A DNA stretch of 63,880 bases, counting the filler, from Collodictyon triciliatum (lineage: Eukaryota), in the NCBI GenBank assembly GCA_043381765.1. It is 7 parts of 7 records of this genome, joined end to end, with 100 filler letters (N's around TTAATTAATTAA, not from the genome) between each part and the next. Parts side by side here need not be neighbours in the genome. Positions count along the whole stretch, not along the records: positions 1 to 14,247 come from JBHJMP010002752.1; positions 14,348 to 18,431 come from JBHJMP010002753.1; positions 18,532 to 28,744 come from JBHJMP010002754.1; 4 more parts are not named here. The stretch is one strand, 5' to 3'. Each line of letters begins with the position of its first letter. The first letter of the stretch is position 1. Shown here one piece after another: positions 10,401 to 23,936 of this stretch. Under the pieces are notes generated by a model. That model was given only the letters and a program-made list of their open reading frames with translations, had not been told where the DNA came from and searched no databases. The position numbers and the translations under genes were made by a program.

Positions 10401-13400
10401 TTTGATTATTTTTAATAAAATCTTGCCACTGTGACGAGCATCTCTGGTATATCTGTATCTCCATGTCACTGATCTGGTTATGAGCCCCTGTGACACCCGC
10501 ATAGTGTAAGAATCCAACCTTTGTGCTATGACCAATCTGAGCAGAAAACGGGTCCTTTCCAACACCAGATTGACCATGCATATCATAATCAACCAAAGTG
10601 TTACGATTGCTAGTATAAATAAAATCACCATCGCCATTGTAATAACCGTCTTCATCTTCATCCTCATCTTCATCTTGCATATCATCATTATCAATGAATG
10701 ACTTGTAGTATGACTGAAACGTCTTTATTCCAATCTTTACACTGATGTATTTCGAAAAATGGCGAAACTGTTGAAAAGTCAATGGAATATTGGAGAAGGT
10801 TTGAAAAAGATTTGCAAAGTTATCTCGAATATCTCTTTCGTTCATGACTCTACCATCAAGTACAAACAGATACACAGAGTATGCATTGTCTATATTTCTT
10901 GACAGATAAGTCGATATGATTTGAATGAACGGTCTTATAATAAAGAAATCAAGCAGCATTACATGTGAAGTCTCCTTGTCCAGAAAGCGCACTACATCTT
11001 TGCATGATTCGGTCATGGAGTTTGTTTTTGAATAAGGGGCATAGAACCAAACCCTGTCATTAGAACAGTACATGTTTCTTTGAGACGAGACGCTGTTTGA
11101 TCTTTTGTAAGTGGAGATTTCGGTTGCTCGGCCAGGCATTCCGCTGACATAGTGAACCAAAAAGCACAAATGTCTGACAAACTCGTCATAGATCTTTAGG
11201 TATTGCTGGATAGTGGATATGTTCCATACGACCTTATGATTTTGTATGTCATAGACATACTTGCTTTTCAATTGATTTGTGGACAGAATGCTTCTTATAA
11301 TGAAACCATTGTAGATATTTTGTAGTCTGTTATCCTTCACATGCATAGAGTATCCCATTGATCTCTGACTGAGGTCATCCACAACATCCTGTATTTTGAT
11401 ATCTGGCGGTCTTTGTGCCAAGAGCAGAGCATCCATTAAGCCTTGCAGAGCAGACATCATGTTACGATAACACAGAGGAAAGCTATCGAAATCCACCTGA
11501 ATGCCTTTTAGCGATATCTGCTTGTTTGGGATTGTTTCGATGATGATAGGGAGCCTCTTCAATCTCGACGCATAGTTGAGAGCATCCGAAGTGATTACAA
11601 AGATGGACGTAGAAAACCTCAAAGTCTCTCCCTGGATCATTGGAAGCATTTCTTCAAACTTCTCGAGCCCGACAGACGGCTCCATCTCACAGTAGAGATA
11701 AAAGACCATTTTCATCAAATAAATCAGCTTGGATGCTATTCTGGAGACGTTCTCTGGCGGCATCAAAGAATAGTCTTTCTGGATACAGCTTAGTCTCAGA
11801 TATAGAGTGAGAAAGCAGATTCCTCTGGTCGATGTGGTGACCTTCTCTGTGACCAAAAGAAACAACAGACGGACCAGATTCAGGTTGGAGTAATCATATA
11901 TCAAAGCTCTGGCAGCGTTCAGAAACTCAGAGTTTGGGAAAAAGTAATAGTGGATAGGCTGCAGGCAAAAGTTTACGGAAAAAAAAACCACTTTGGCAAA
12001 GACGCATGCGTAGTCTCTCTTTGCGTTTCTTGAATACAAGAAGGTAAAGTTTCTTCTTTTCTTGAGAGTGTATCCCAATCTCTGTTTAAACAAAGGATCC
12101 CAGTGCTTTACATCTTCTATCGACTTATTGAAAAAATCAAGTATGTCCTTAGCTCTAGACTCCAATTCCTGAGGACATTTGAAGTAAGTGTAGTACTTGA
12201 AGACTTGAAAGTTTTTGATCTCATCAGGGTCCACAAACCAGCCTGACTTTGAATAGAACATGTTTCTTGTTCTAAAATCTTCGTTTGGCATCGTGCTTGA
12301 ATTCAATACTTGCATGGATGCATCAACTATCAACTCGAGATTGTGATCGTCAGGCTGTATGAGGCTCTCTTGTTGGGATTGTTCTTGTTGATGTTGATGC
12401 TGATTCCCTTCATGTTGATGTTGATGTTGATGTAGATGTAGATGTTGATTTGGATGTTGATTGGATATCAAAGATTGTATTCTAAAGTAAGACTTTGATT
12501 TGCCAATGTCCCCTGACTGTATCAAACAGACTTGATATGACTCTGTGTCATGGATATTTTTTGAATGTTTCTGCATCCTTGACAGCGTTTTACAGCACCA
12601 ATAGCATAGTTCGCATTGGTATCCATTGTGTATATCGAGATACTTTAGAGGCTGATGTGAAATATTCAAATCCTTATGAAAAGGTAGTATTTCAAGATTC
12701 AAAGATATGATTTTCCAATCAGATAAGGGCATGTATGTGTTATGAACTCTTTTTTGGTGGCGAGGAAAGTTTTGAGAAACAATACCTTTGCATTGAGAGC
12801 AATAGATCCACTTGTTTTCCATATCATATCCCATGTGATACTTATGCAATGTTTGTAAAACAATATCCATAGAAATATTACCGATATCCAAAGGATTATT
12901 GTCTGTCTCATGGATTGTCTGTGAATTGTGATCATTTGGGGCCTGGGCAACAGGATTTGCACTCACAAGGTTTGCAACCATAGGCTGAGCACCCATAGGC
13001 TGAGCACCCATAGGCTGAGCTTCTATATGCTCGGCTTCCATAGTATTTATTATAGAGGGATTGCTCTGTGTTTGGTTGTCGTGTTCTAAGAAACAAACCT
13101 TGTGTTTGAAAACAAATCTTGGTGTTCTCCCATCCATATTGTGTACTGGGCATCTGAACTTGCCACCTTCATTCCTTTCTATGTATAAGAAAGAGCCGTC
13201 TGCTGTTCTAAGCCTCACTTTTTGCTGGTGCGTTACTCTTAAGTGGTACTTATAGTCCAGTGCTGAGTCGAACGTGAGGCTGCATTCAAGGCACTCCATA
13301 GCTTATAAAATAAAATAAAAAATAAAAAAAGTTAAAACAGTGTCTACTATAAACATGAACGAGTCAAATATAATAACTTTACAGGTATCAAAATAACATG

Positions 13401-13560
13401 CTCGGAAAAGTTCCTGTGAGGCTCAGGTTTATGTTTTCTGTTTGATTTTCACGCATAAAAAAAAAGATCGCATGTAGCATGACTTATGACATGATGGTTG
13501 TGTTTGTTTTTTGATTATGATTAAATATAACGATTTCAATTATATTATCATTATTTTGTG
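7450..13560 (-). mobile_element. Candidate YR-RecQ mobile element (boundaries uncertain; could extend to about 6648-14125)
   Basis: 5.7-kb intronless ORF in a genome where the recognisable host genes are spliced; recombinase plus helicase content; flanked by AT-rich sequence with exon-like pieces. Confidence 0.55.
7567..13299 (-). CDS. Intronless 1910-aa protein: C2H2 finger + DUF3505/OrsD-like Zn region + tyrosine-recombinase-like domain + RecQ-family DEAH helicase with RecQ Zn-binding domain + C-terminal Cys/His knuckles (telomere-linked helicase Tlh/TLH-like)
   Basis: N-terminal CLEC..HLRVTH; WIYCSQC..H..H and GYQCELC..MQKHSKNIH. YR motifs GMPGRATE (R724), YSKT (K758), QQFRH (R846), IGHS (H924), LHYAG (Y933). 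Helicase motifs LPTGCGKS (K1104), IFIDEAH (D1188), LTATAP, ATSGFGLGVD, QQCGRAGRDG; RecQ Zn motif CCRR..SC..PCDNC; C-terminal CPVC..H..C, CIKC..H..C, CYKC..H..C. Confidence 0.9.
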   Translation of the reverse strand: MECLECSLTFDSALDYKYHLRVTHQQKVRLRTADGSFLYIERNEGGKFRCPVHNMDGRTPRFVFKHKVCFLEHDNQTQSNPSIINTMEAEHIEAQPMGAQPMGAQPMVANLVSANPVAQAPNDHNSQTIHETDNNPLDIGNISMDIVLQTLHKYHMGYDMENKWIYCSQCKGIVSQNFPRHQKRVHNTYMPLSDWKIISLNLEILPFHKDLNISHQPLKYLDIHNGYQCELCYWCCKTLSRMQKHSKNIHDTESYQVCLIQSGDIGKSKSYFRIQSLISNQHPNQHLHLHQHQHQHEGNQHQHQQEQSQQESLIQPDDHNLELIVDASMQVLNSSTMPNEDFRTRNMFYSKSGWFVDPDEIKNFQVFKYYTYFKCPQELESRAKDILDFFNKSIEDVKHWDPLFKQRLGYTLKKRRNFTFLYSRNAKRDYACVFAKVVFFSVNFCLQPIHYYFFPNSEFLNAARALIYDYSNLNLVRLLFLLVTEKVTTSTRGICFLTLYLRLSCIQKDYSLMPPENVSRIASKLIYLMKMVFYLYCEMEPSVGLEKFEEMLPMIQGETLRFSTSIFVITSDALNYASRLKRLPIIIETIPNKQISLKGIQVDFDSFPLCYRNMMSALQGLMDALLLAQRPPDIKIQDVVDDLSQRSMGYSMHVKDNRLQNIYNGFIIRSILSTNQLKSKYVYDIQNHKVVWNISTIQQYLKIYDEFVRHLCFLVHYVSGMPGRATEISTYKRSNSVSSQRNMYCSNDRVWFYAPYSKTNSMTESCKDVVRFLDKETSHVMLLDFFIIRPFIQIISTYLSRNIDNAYSVYLFVLDGRVMNERDIRDNFANLFQTFSNIPLTFQQFRHFSKYISVKIGIKTFQSYYKSFIDNDDMQDEDEDEDEDGYYNGDGDFIYTSNRNTLVDYDMHGQSGVGKDPFSAQIGHSTKVGFLHYAGVTGAHNQISDMEIQIYQRCSSQWQDFIKNNQTTFIFQKIPHNQFKGNIPSKQNESTHVTSLEQSNRQIIQDLSHQQHQQELNQEHHSVPVTNYLVHRNEPAMRSQSLVTDQDFFAYPTIENSKQSLVLLRQLYKSNTISFRNKSQHMAADTILFTRNDVLVILPTGCGKSTLIWLNCLYNPTKTSLVIVPTVSLKQDIISKAMGLNLSVCQAKPQYRNQNLIVVTTDMSSTQSFLFFIQGLAHQKQLSRIFIDEAHTFVTDSSYRDCMKSLTMFNSSLCPVALLTATAPLWIQNSLLEAFFPYQRPQIIRDSTNRHNLVYQCVSDIDYNQIKQMVLISHHQLGPLERIICYFQTISALEEWLYLFSDIPCTVYHSKLDQLQRQANTDTWKSGQVKLLLATSGFGLGVDYPHVKAVFIIDLPYSFEDYIQQCGRAGRDGHEALTCLFYSKTKEMTRFKTQIEKDGQAKASMFLATLNYAESSCCRRQYISNYMDTNTTSCFYDPLNRPCDNCCDKSSISIPLNHKRSNQQQAHQVHQVHQNHQSHQNHQNDQNHQNHQNHQNHQSHQSYQNHQIHQINYQQNIHHLSPIHRLGRHLINSHENRIESLDSESSFGHSLQRTHILQQSRADIEIHNPKNSQSVSLSNRVDLSADESIMHDESDMDFWESFFNSDIEHRQHQVHQEVQDHDISHNLTNKCSQSKKKPQPKVFTSPLPVSSDNHRIALHESPSDSPSKRVSVKGIFYSNLQQSDDSNSTISHTNKDALLETTRSEIEVSSILSAQSLKRKQTSSESDVSAAFKKPNPQLSTTSTPTASTKSVNSKYINSQEKYFRLNKYKASCPVCLAKWGEKVNHKVTRCPAMKGSCIKCQGNAQPPYHSVFKDCPLIPIKWKVKDACYKCYFPSSIGGYDYHSISPMDDMEGSGCPSDFIMEYAIALFKYRKSSLPIDNMSFVQYYKWLGEKSDGLYNVVHVFLNNTK

Positions 13561-14043
13561 AATAGATCCTATAAGGGTACCATTTCACATATGTTTGGAA
13601 AAAACTATATATTCCACAAAACTATATGAAATGAACTATTCACCAGTAAAAGAAGTGTTTAAAGTAGAGACATTAAAGCAAAATAGGAGCAATTATTATT
13701 CAATTATATGCAGAATATTGGAAAGAGTATATTTTCCACTTCTAAAAGCTTCATCAATATATCATATACATATTCGGCATAATTGATGATGATCATATCC
13801 CTTACATTAATATTGGATATATTATCTGATTATGTATAGTGTTTTATATAGAGATAAAAATAGCACAGCTTGCATCAAAATGGATTTGATATGAATCATG
13901 GATCAATTTTGATCATAACATCCAAGTATGGTTAGGATTGGAAACACATATTATATGACTATAATGAAACATATACATATAATAATCATGATTGTCTATC
14001 TATTTCTGTTATTATGGAAATATATATATCTATTGTATGCATA

Positions 14044-14078
14044 TATTATACAACCTTCGAGGTAAAGGTTGTATTATA
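14044..14078. other. 14-bp inverted repeat with 7-bp spacer (recombinase-site-like geometry)
   Basis: TATTATACAACCTT-CGAGGTA-AAGGTTGTATTATA, arms 13/14 complementary, about 745 bp upstream of the YR-RecQ start codon. Confidence 0.35.
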
Positions 14079-14247
14079 CAAGTTTTATTATAATAAATGA
14101 TATCTTCCGCATTTGGATGGGATGACAGGTGCAATTATTTTTTGATCAACTTGACAACAGAAAAAACAAAACACAGTCAGAAACAAAACAAAACAAAACA
14201 CAGCAAGTAAAACGAAACAAAAAAACAAAACAAAACAAAACAAAACA

Positions 14248-14347
14248 NNNNNNNNNNNNNNNNNNNNNNNNNNNNNNNNNNNNNNNNNNNNTTAATTAAT
14301 TAANNNNNNNNNNNNNNNNNNNNNNNNNNNNNNNNNNNNNNNNNNNN
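14248..14347. other. Artificial contig spacer N44-TTAATTAATTAA-N44 (also at 18432-18531, 28745-28844, 39049-39148, 51463-51562, 61765-61864)
   Basis: Same 100-bp format six times; the 12-mer gives stops in all six frames; genes abutting the spacers do not continue across them. Confidence 0.95.
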
Positions 14348-14508
14348 TTTTTCTTTTTCTTTTTCTTTTTCTTTTTCTTTATCATTATCGTTTTTTCTCA
14401 TTTTCTTTTTTTTTTTTTCACTTTAAAATTTTTTTTTTTTTTTTTTAGAATTAAATATGAAGAAAAGGATACTGATGAAAAAGCCATAACGCCTGTAATT
14501 TCAACAAC

Positions 14509-17939
<3,431 letters not shown>

Positions 17940-19050
17940 TTCGCTCTCTGCCTATTTCAAGCAACTGGTCAATAAAGCACATGAAGCGGTAGACTTGGAC
18001 CGTTTCCACTGGCCCCGGTCGTCAAACAGGATGACGACTGCTTCGAAGATGAGCTTTGGAGTAGTCTCGAGTATTTCTGATGCTTCTCTGTTGAAGATCA
18101 AAGGCTGTGCTTCTGTTGTGGTATTTTGATCGCAGGATCATGAAGATGGATTTTCGGGGGTGAATTAGACATGATGCTTTGCAATCGTCATACGTAAAAA
18201 ATAATATATAATTGTACTTTACAATGAATACAAAAAGTACGCAACTATATTGCATTTTACTGTGTTTATGCTATTTTCCATATGTGAATATTCTCATTGA
18301 ATGTTTTGATTCCTTTCAATATATATTTTTTTCTTTCGCCTGTTGCAAACTCAAACCACACCGAAACACGTCAAAAAACACATCACCCGTTCGCGCCTGT
18401 ACCCTGCGAGAAAAAAGAAAAAAAAAAAAGANNNNNNNNNNNNNNNNNNNNNNNNNNNNNNNNNNNNNNNNNNNNTTAATTAATTAANNNNNNNNNNNNN
18501 NNNNNNNNNNNNNNNNNNNNNNNNNNNNNNNGAGGGAGAGGGAGAGGGAGAGGGAGAGGGAGAGGGAGAGAGAGAGTGAGAGAGAGAGAGTAGGGAAGAA
18601 AGAGAGAGAAGGCGATCGCCCCGAACGGCCTGTTAAGTCGCCAAGGGAGCAACAGCACCAGTGGCCTCCTGCACACGGCGTTTCTGCTTTGTGAGGCCCT
18701 GTTTATTCAGCACCGTACTATTGCCAATAATCAAATCAAGTCTATCGTTCATAATCAAAGCAGCCAGGCGTTATGGCCCGCAGCGAGGCAGCAACCAAGT
18801 GGTAAAGCAAAGGCAGACAGGCAGGCGGGCAGGCATGTGATCAAGGAAGGAAGGAAGGAAGGAAGGAAGGAAGGAAGGAAGGAAGGAAGGAAGGAAGGAA
18901 GTGGAACATAAAGAGGAATATGTATATGTATGTGTGCGGCACTGCACAAACAAACAAATGGACAGACCAAATGGCCTCAACGAGCAGCGAAAAAGAAAAA
19001 AAGAAAAAAAAAAGAGAGAGAGGGAGAGAGAGAGGGAGGAAGCGCGCTGC

Positions 19051-21450
19051 TCAGGCTTTTGGTGCGACCATCTGCAGAGACGGCCTCGTCAGAGTGGTTA
19101 TCAGGAGCGGAGACACGTGGGCCAGTGCCTGAATCAGACGAAGCCCGCGCCGCCGCTGCTCCTCCTCGCTCGCCACCCGCGTGCACGACCGCAGCTCCGT
19201 CTCTGTGATCCCCACAATCTGCACGAACCGGCGAGCCTTGCCTGCGGGCGTTGCGGGGCTCCCTGTTTTGATTTGACCGCCTATTTAAAATAAAAAAAAC
19301 AATCAGAGGAATATAAGGAAACGAAAAGAGATGAGACCTGGATGGATGCCCCAAATCAAACTCAGAGATGAATCCATATATATATTTACGGCACACCGCA
19401 GGACAATTAAGGACTGTGCATCCATACCTGGCAGCAGCGGGTCGTCCGCAAAGACAATCGCAGAGACCAGAGACGGCGGCGCAGCAGGTTCCGTGCAGAG
19501 GGGCCCGTCGGCGTCGACGCACAGCCCGGTATATACCAAACCACAGGCCGGATTGTGGCTGTGGCTGTGGCTGTGGCTGTGGCTGTGGCTGTGGCTGCGA
19601 TGGTGCGCTGTGTAGATGCAGCGGGCGATGTTCTGCATCATCTGGACGGGCCATGCAGGGGGGCCTATTGGCTGCGATTGTGTTTGCGATTGCGATTGCG
19701 GCTGCGGTTGCGGTTGCGGTTGCTGCTGCGGTTGTGGCTGCGGTTGTGGCTGTGCACGTGGAGACGGCAGGGGCGTCTGGTCAGTGGCACTGAATGCGTC
19801 ACTGGCTGTGGCTGTGGCTGTGGCTGCGGCTGTGGCAGGCGGGAGGGCGCTGTTGAAGACAATGGCTGGGTTGCCGTGCTTCATGACGCCACGCTTCCAC
19901 CGCACGCCGCACTTGTTGCACAGGGTCCCGCGACCCATCGGCCCCTGTCGCCACAGCACCGTCTCCTCCGCCCTGCAGTGGCTGCACACCTTTTGCTGTC
20001 CGCCCTCCCTCCTATCCTCCGCCTCTGCTGCCGCCACGCCTGCCATTGGCGCGACGGTTGGTGTTGCCTCGCTCTTTGGTGCGTCGATGTCCCCGGCTGG
20101 GTGCTCCATCCCGAGGCGGAATGTCAGCTCGAAGCCCAGTCCAGCTGGTGTTATTGTGTGTTTGCATGGGTGCGTGGGTGCATTTCGGAGACGGATGGAT
20201 AGATGGATGTATATGGTATCTTCACGTTGGCTTTTTGTGTGTTTCTATTTGGTGGTGCAGTTGCGTACCGTCTGCGTCGTCGCTGTGCAGGCGGCTCAGT
20301 CCGTACGAGATGTAGGCCCAGTGTGGCTGCGGATCCGGCTGGTAGTAGACAGAGACGCCGTCCAGTGGGTCGGAGCCTCCACTGGCGTATTTGACCAATG
20401 TTGTGCAGTGCTGATCGGGAGCTCGTCCATAGACCCCTGGGATGGGACGAAAGCCCACAGTGGTTAGTACAAAAAAAAAAATGTATGAATGAAAAAAGAA
20501 AGCTAGACAAGAGGGAAAAGGATTTGACTCAATCTTGGAACTTTTAGTAGTTTGATTGCTGTTGTGCGATATGCCTTGTATAGTTTTGTTATGTGGTGAA
20601 TGGCAAGTACGTAGTTTGATGGGTGTCGGCTGGTATTGAATTTTGATTGTGTAGCATATAAATTATACTCTTTATTCTCAAATGGTTTTTATACTCTTTA
20701 TTCTCAATCGAATAAGAAAGGATCCAGCTAAATTAATTACATAAGGAAAATGTTTTATTTTTGTAATATATATATATATAGAAGCTAACGAGTAAGCATA
20801 TTAGTAACTATTAAATACATTATTTTTTCCTCTTCCGTTTTTTTCTTTATTTCGTTGATTTTGTATATTTGTTCTCTCTTCATGTCTATCGAAAATAAAC
20901 TACCTTGCAAAATCTTTAGGATTGCACGGCCGCCCGGCGAAGTGAGCTCAGTAGCAGCCTTGCAAATCTCCTCCTCTTCGGACTCATCCACTCCGCGCGA
21001 AGAGTCGTCTCCCTGCGTCTCTTTGCCTGGCTCAGACTCGTCAATCGCATCGTGACATTCTCCCTTCACAAGGTGATGCGCCTTCCCCCAGTCTCTCTCC
21101 TTCTCTATGAAATCAAGCTTCCTCTTTGGCGCGCCTTTCCGAAGCGCCGGGCTTACCCCGTCCATCGATTTGCCCACACCAAGGGGATGCGAATTTCTTT
21201 GATCCGAGGGCACGTGATTCAGGAGAGAATTGGCCGATTCGTAGAAGGAATCTGTAGCCCCTTTGTTTTCCTCCTCTAGGTTGTGGAGTTCCGACGTCGA
21301 ATCATGGTCGATGTGCGGCTGGGCATCTTTCGGACTCTCCATCCCTGCCTCGCCCGGGTGGCTTTGGTCGTAGAGGAAGTCCAGCACATATCGGAGAGCA
21401 GTCTCGTTGATGTCTTCGGCGGTGGAGCTCCATCCGCTGCTGCCTTCCAT
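19051..21450 (-). CDS. SUFU (Suppressor-of-fused)-domain protein with an internal GATA zinc finger; 4 exons 21450-20904, 20436-20269, 20144-19428, 19280-19051 (553 aa)
   Basis: All three introns are GT-AG, phase 1, and keep the frame. SUFU motifs in order: SPGGRAI, VKYASGGSDPLDGVSVY, HWAYISYGLSRL, GLGFELTFRL, PPAWPVQMMQNIAR, DDPLL, TPAGKARRFVQIVGITETEL, PLLITTLTRPSL. GATA finger CSHC-X18-CNKCGVRWKR at 19909-19986. Confidence 0.85.
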
Positions 21451-23069
21451 CAGGAATGCGGGGAGAATGCGGGGAGAATGCGATTCTGCATGCGGTGGAG
21501 AAAGACATCGTGGCTGAGCAAGGGAGAAAACAAAGACAAGAGGGAACGAACGTGGAGCGCTCCGTTGTTTAAATACACAGAGAAAGGCAGACAAGAGAAT
21601 GGGTGAGAGAGAAAGGCGTAGGAAAAATCGCTGATGGAGGGGACTTTTCTCGCGTTGCGAATGTGGGTAATGAGAGAAGCTAAGCTCTCATATCCGCCGA
21701 AAATAAGCCGAAAAGACAAAGAGAGAGAGAAGAGTAGGAAAAGACACACATCTTTATGTGGAGTTTTTGTTAAAAAGAAAAATGGGAATGAAAGAAAAGC
21801 GGGGTGGCGTAAGGTCGTGGCTCGTCCCTTCGGGTGTAAGGAGGTTAGTGAGAGGACAAAAAGAAGAAAAGAGTACCGTATCGATGGATTGTGTGTATTG
21901 ATGTGTGATTCTTTCTCGTGGTGTGAATCTCTTTGTAGTTGAGAGGATAATTTTTATTAAAAAAAAAAAAAAAAAAAAGGCTGACTGTGCATTATGTTTG
22001 TTCGGTATGTAAGCCTGTCCTTCAGCTCATGTTTCATTCAAATTGACAAAATAGACATTGAACGAAAGAGCTGCAGGATTCTTGCACCCGAGAGAAGCGC
22101 AAAGGAAAGCCACGTAAGACGTGTTCGTGACGCATTTGTGTTAGATTGTCGCACAAGTTATAATGGCAATGCGTCGCGATTCTGTCAAACACCCCACCTA
22201 TCTTTTATGCAGCAGGCTCTTTTATCTTCCCAGCTATCAAATACTTATGTTTCGTGAAACACAGCCGACGGAAGAACCCCGAGTACTCAATCAGACCCTC
22301 AACGCGAGTTTTTTATCTACCGAGTCTATAAGTACGTGCCTCTGCTTCATATTGGAAACAAAAAGTAAATCAAAAGGTCCGAGTTTCCGTGGCAATATAT
22401 CTAGTTGGAAAGGAAACGAAAATGTTTGCAGAAAGGCCAATGCGCTATGTGGTTTGTGCTTGTGATTGCGATGTGATTGGCAGGGAAACTCCGAAGCTCC
22501 TTGTCTGTTTGCGTCCAGATGGAAAAAAAAAAGCAAAAATGGAAATGAAACGCACCGAAGAAAATCAATTTATTGGCGCTGAAAAAAAAGTGTGAATTTA
22601 AAGCGAATTTTTAGTATTGGGAATTATGAATTTCACAAACCAATTAGCTTTACGTTTATCTAATGAAACAAAACACGTTTATTTCGGCAAAGACGATTGT
22701 GCGGAAGTTCATACCTTTCTGGAATTTCATTTACATTTTTGTTTTTATTATTTGAATTTTATGGGAATATACCTAATAAAGACGTCCTTATACGGCAACT
22801 TGAATGGATTTATATGGTCATTGGTGATTCCTCTCTGGGACATAGTAACGTCTTTTCCTCCATAAAGTAACCCTTTTTACCGCATTCGACCAAAATCGCA
22901 AGGAGATTGAATTGGGGTTACGGTCAATCCGCTGCAGCATTGTGTTTCCTATTATATACATAAGTATATTATATATAATAATTATATATAATGTATGAAT
23001 AATAATCTTTATAATGACTTATAATACTATTATATTATATTTTCCAAATAATATAATTACCGTATTATA

Positions 23070-23504
23070 TCAACCGTATATCCCCAGACAAATGTGGGGC
23101 TTTGCTTACCATTTCATCGAAGCAATCTTGGTATTATTTCAAGACGAACTCGATATCTCCAACAGAGAACTATGGATAGGTGCGCGCGTAGTCCATGCAT
23201 CAACGACATCTCCAAAATGCACCATATACCATAGCTGGGATGACTCTATCGAACACACATATGTGAAGTGCTCTCTGACTCAAAAAGTGACAGAGTCTAC
23301 CCACAAGATGCTCTCTGAGCTTGATTATGCTCCCAACCAACTCGGCGCGTCTGACATACTGTTTGGCCCACAATACCAAATGACCCACGACTCTAGAATA
23401 CTTTGGAAACTCACAAGGATACATATGGTGTGGTCCTTATGGAGTTAGGGTGCATTCTCTCGCTCTAACACATCGACCGAACGAGTGAAAAAAAAAAAAA
23501 AAAA
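23070..23504 (+). mobile_element. Non-LTR retrotransposon 3' fragment (zf-RVT-like C-terminal Zn domain), degenerate, followed by an A-tract
   Basis: ELWIGARV..KCTIYHSWDDSIEHTYVKC (decayed CX2C..HX4C); 23149-23466 is highly similar to 57385-57703; A-run at about 23488-23504. Confidence 0.65.
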
Positions 23505-23936
23505 GAATTACATTGGTGTTATGAAAAGTTCACATTAAAAAAATGTCAAACAGGAGATATTAATTCTTTTTTTTTTTTCCCAACAGGAGATATTAATTAT
23601 TTTTGTGGGCATTGTCAGCAATTTCTGTGTCAGCCGAAGGTAGTTCCAAACAGTAGGGTGTATGCAAACGAAGCTCACGAATTAAAGGCAGAATAATCTA
23701 AACGGGCACTTCATACAAAATAAAGGAAATAGAAAGGATTCTGGCCGCACTCTTTGCATTACAAATGGGTCGAACCAAGTAACTCGGCTTTGGTTTAACC
23801 CCTTCCTTCTCTTGAATCGAGTAAAGGGAAAAAAAAAGTTCGGCTTTGTTTTATACAGGGCACACAGTTTCTAGTATACCTTCCTATTTTTCCATGGTTA
23901 ACAGAAAGTAAAAGAATTATGAAAAGGCAAATACAA

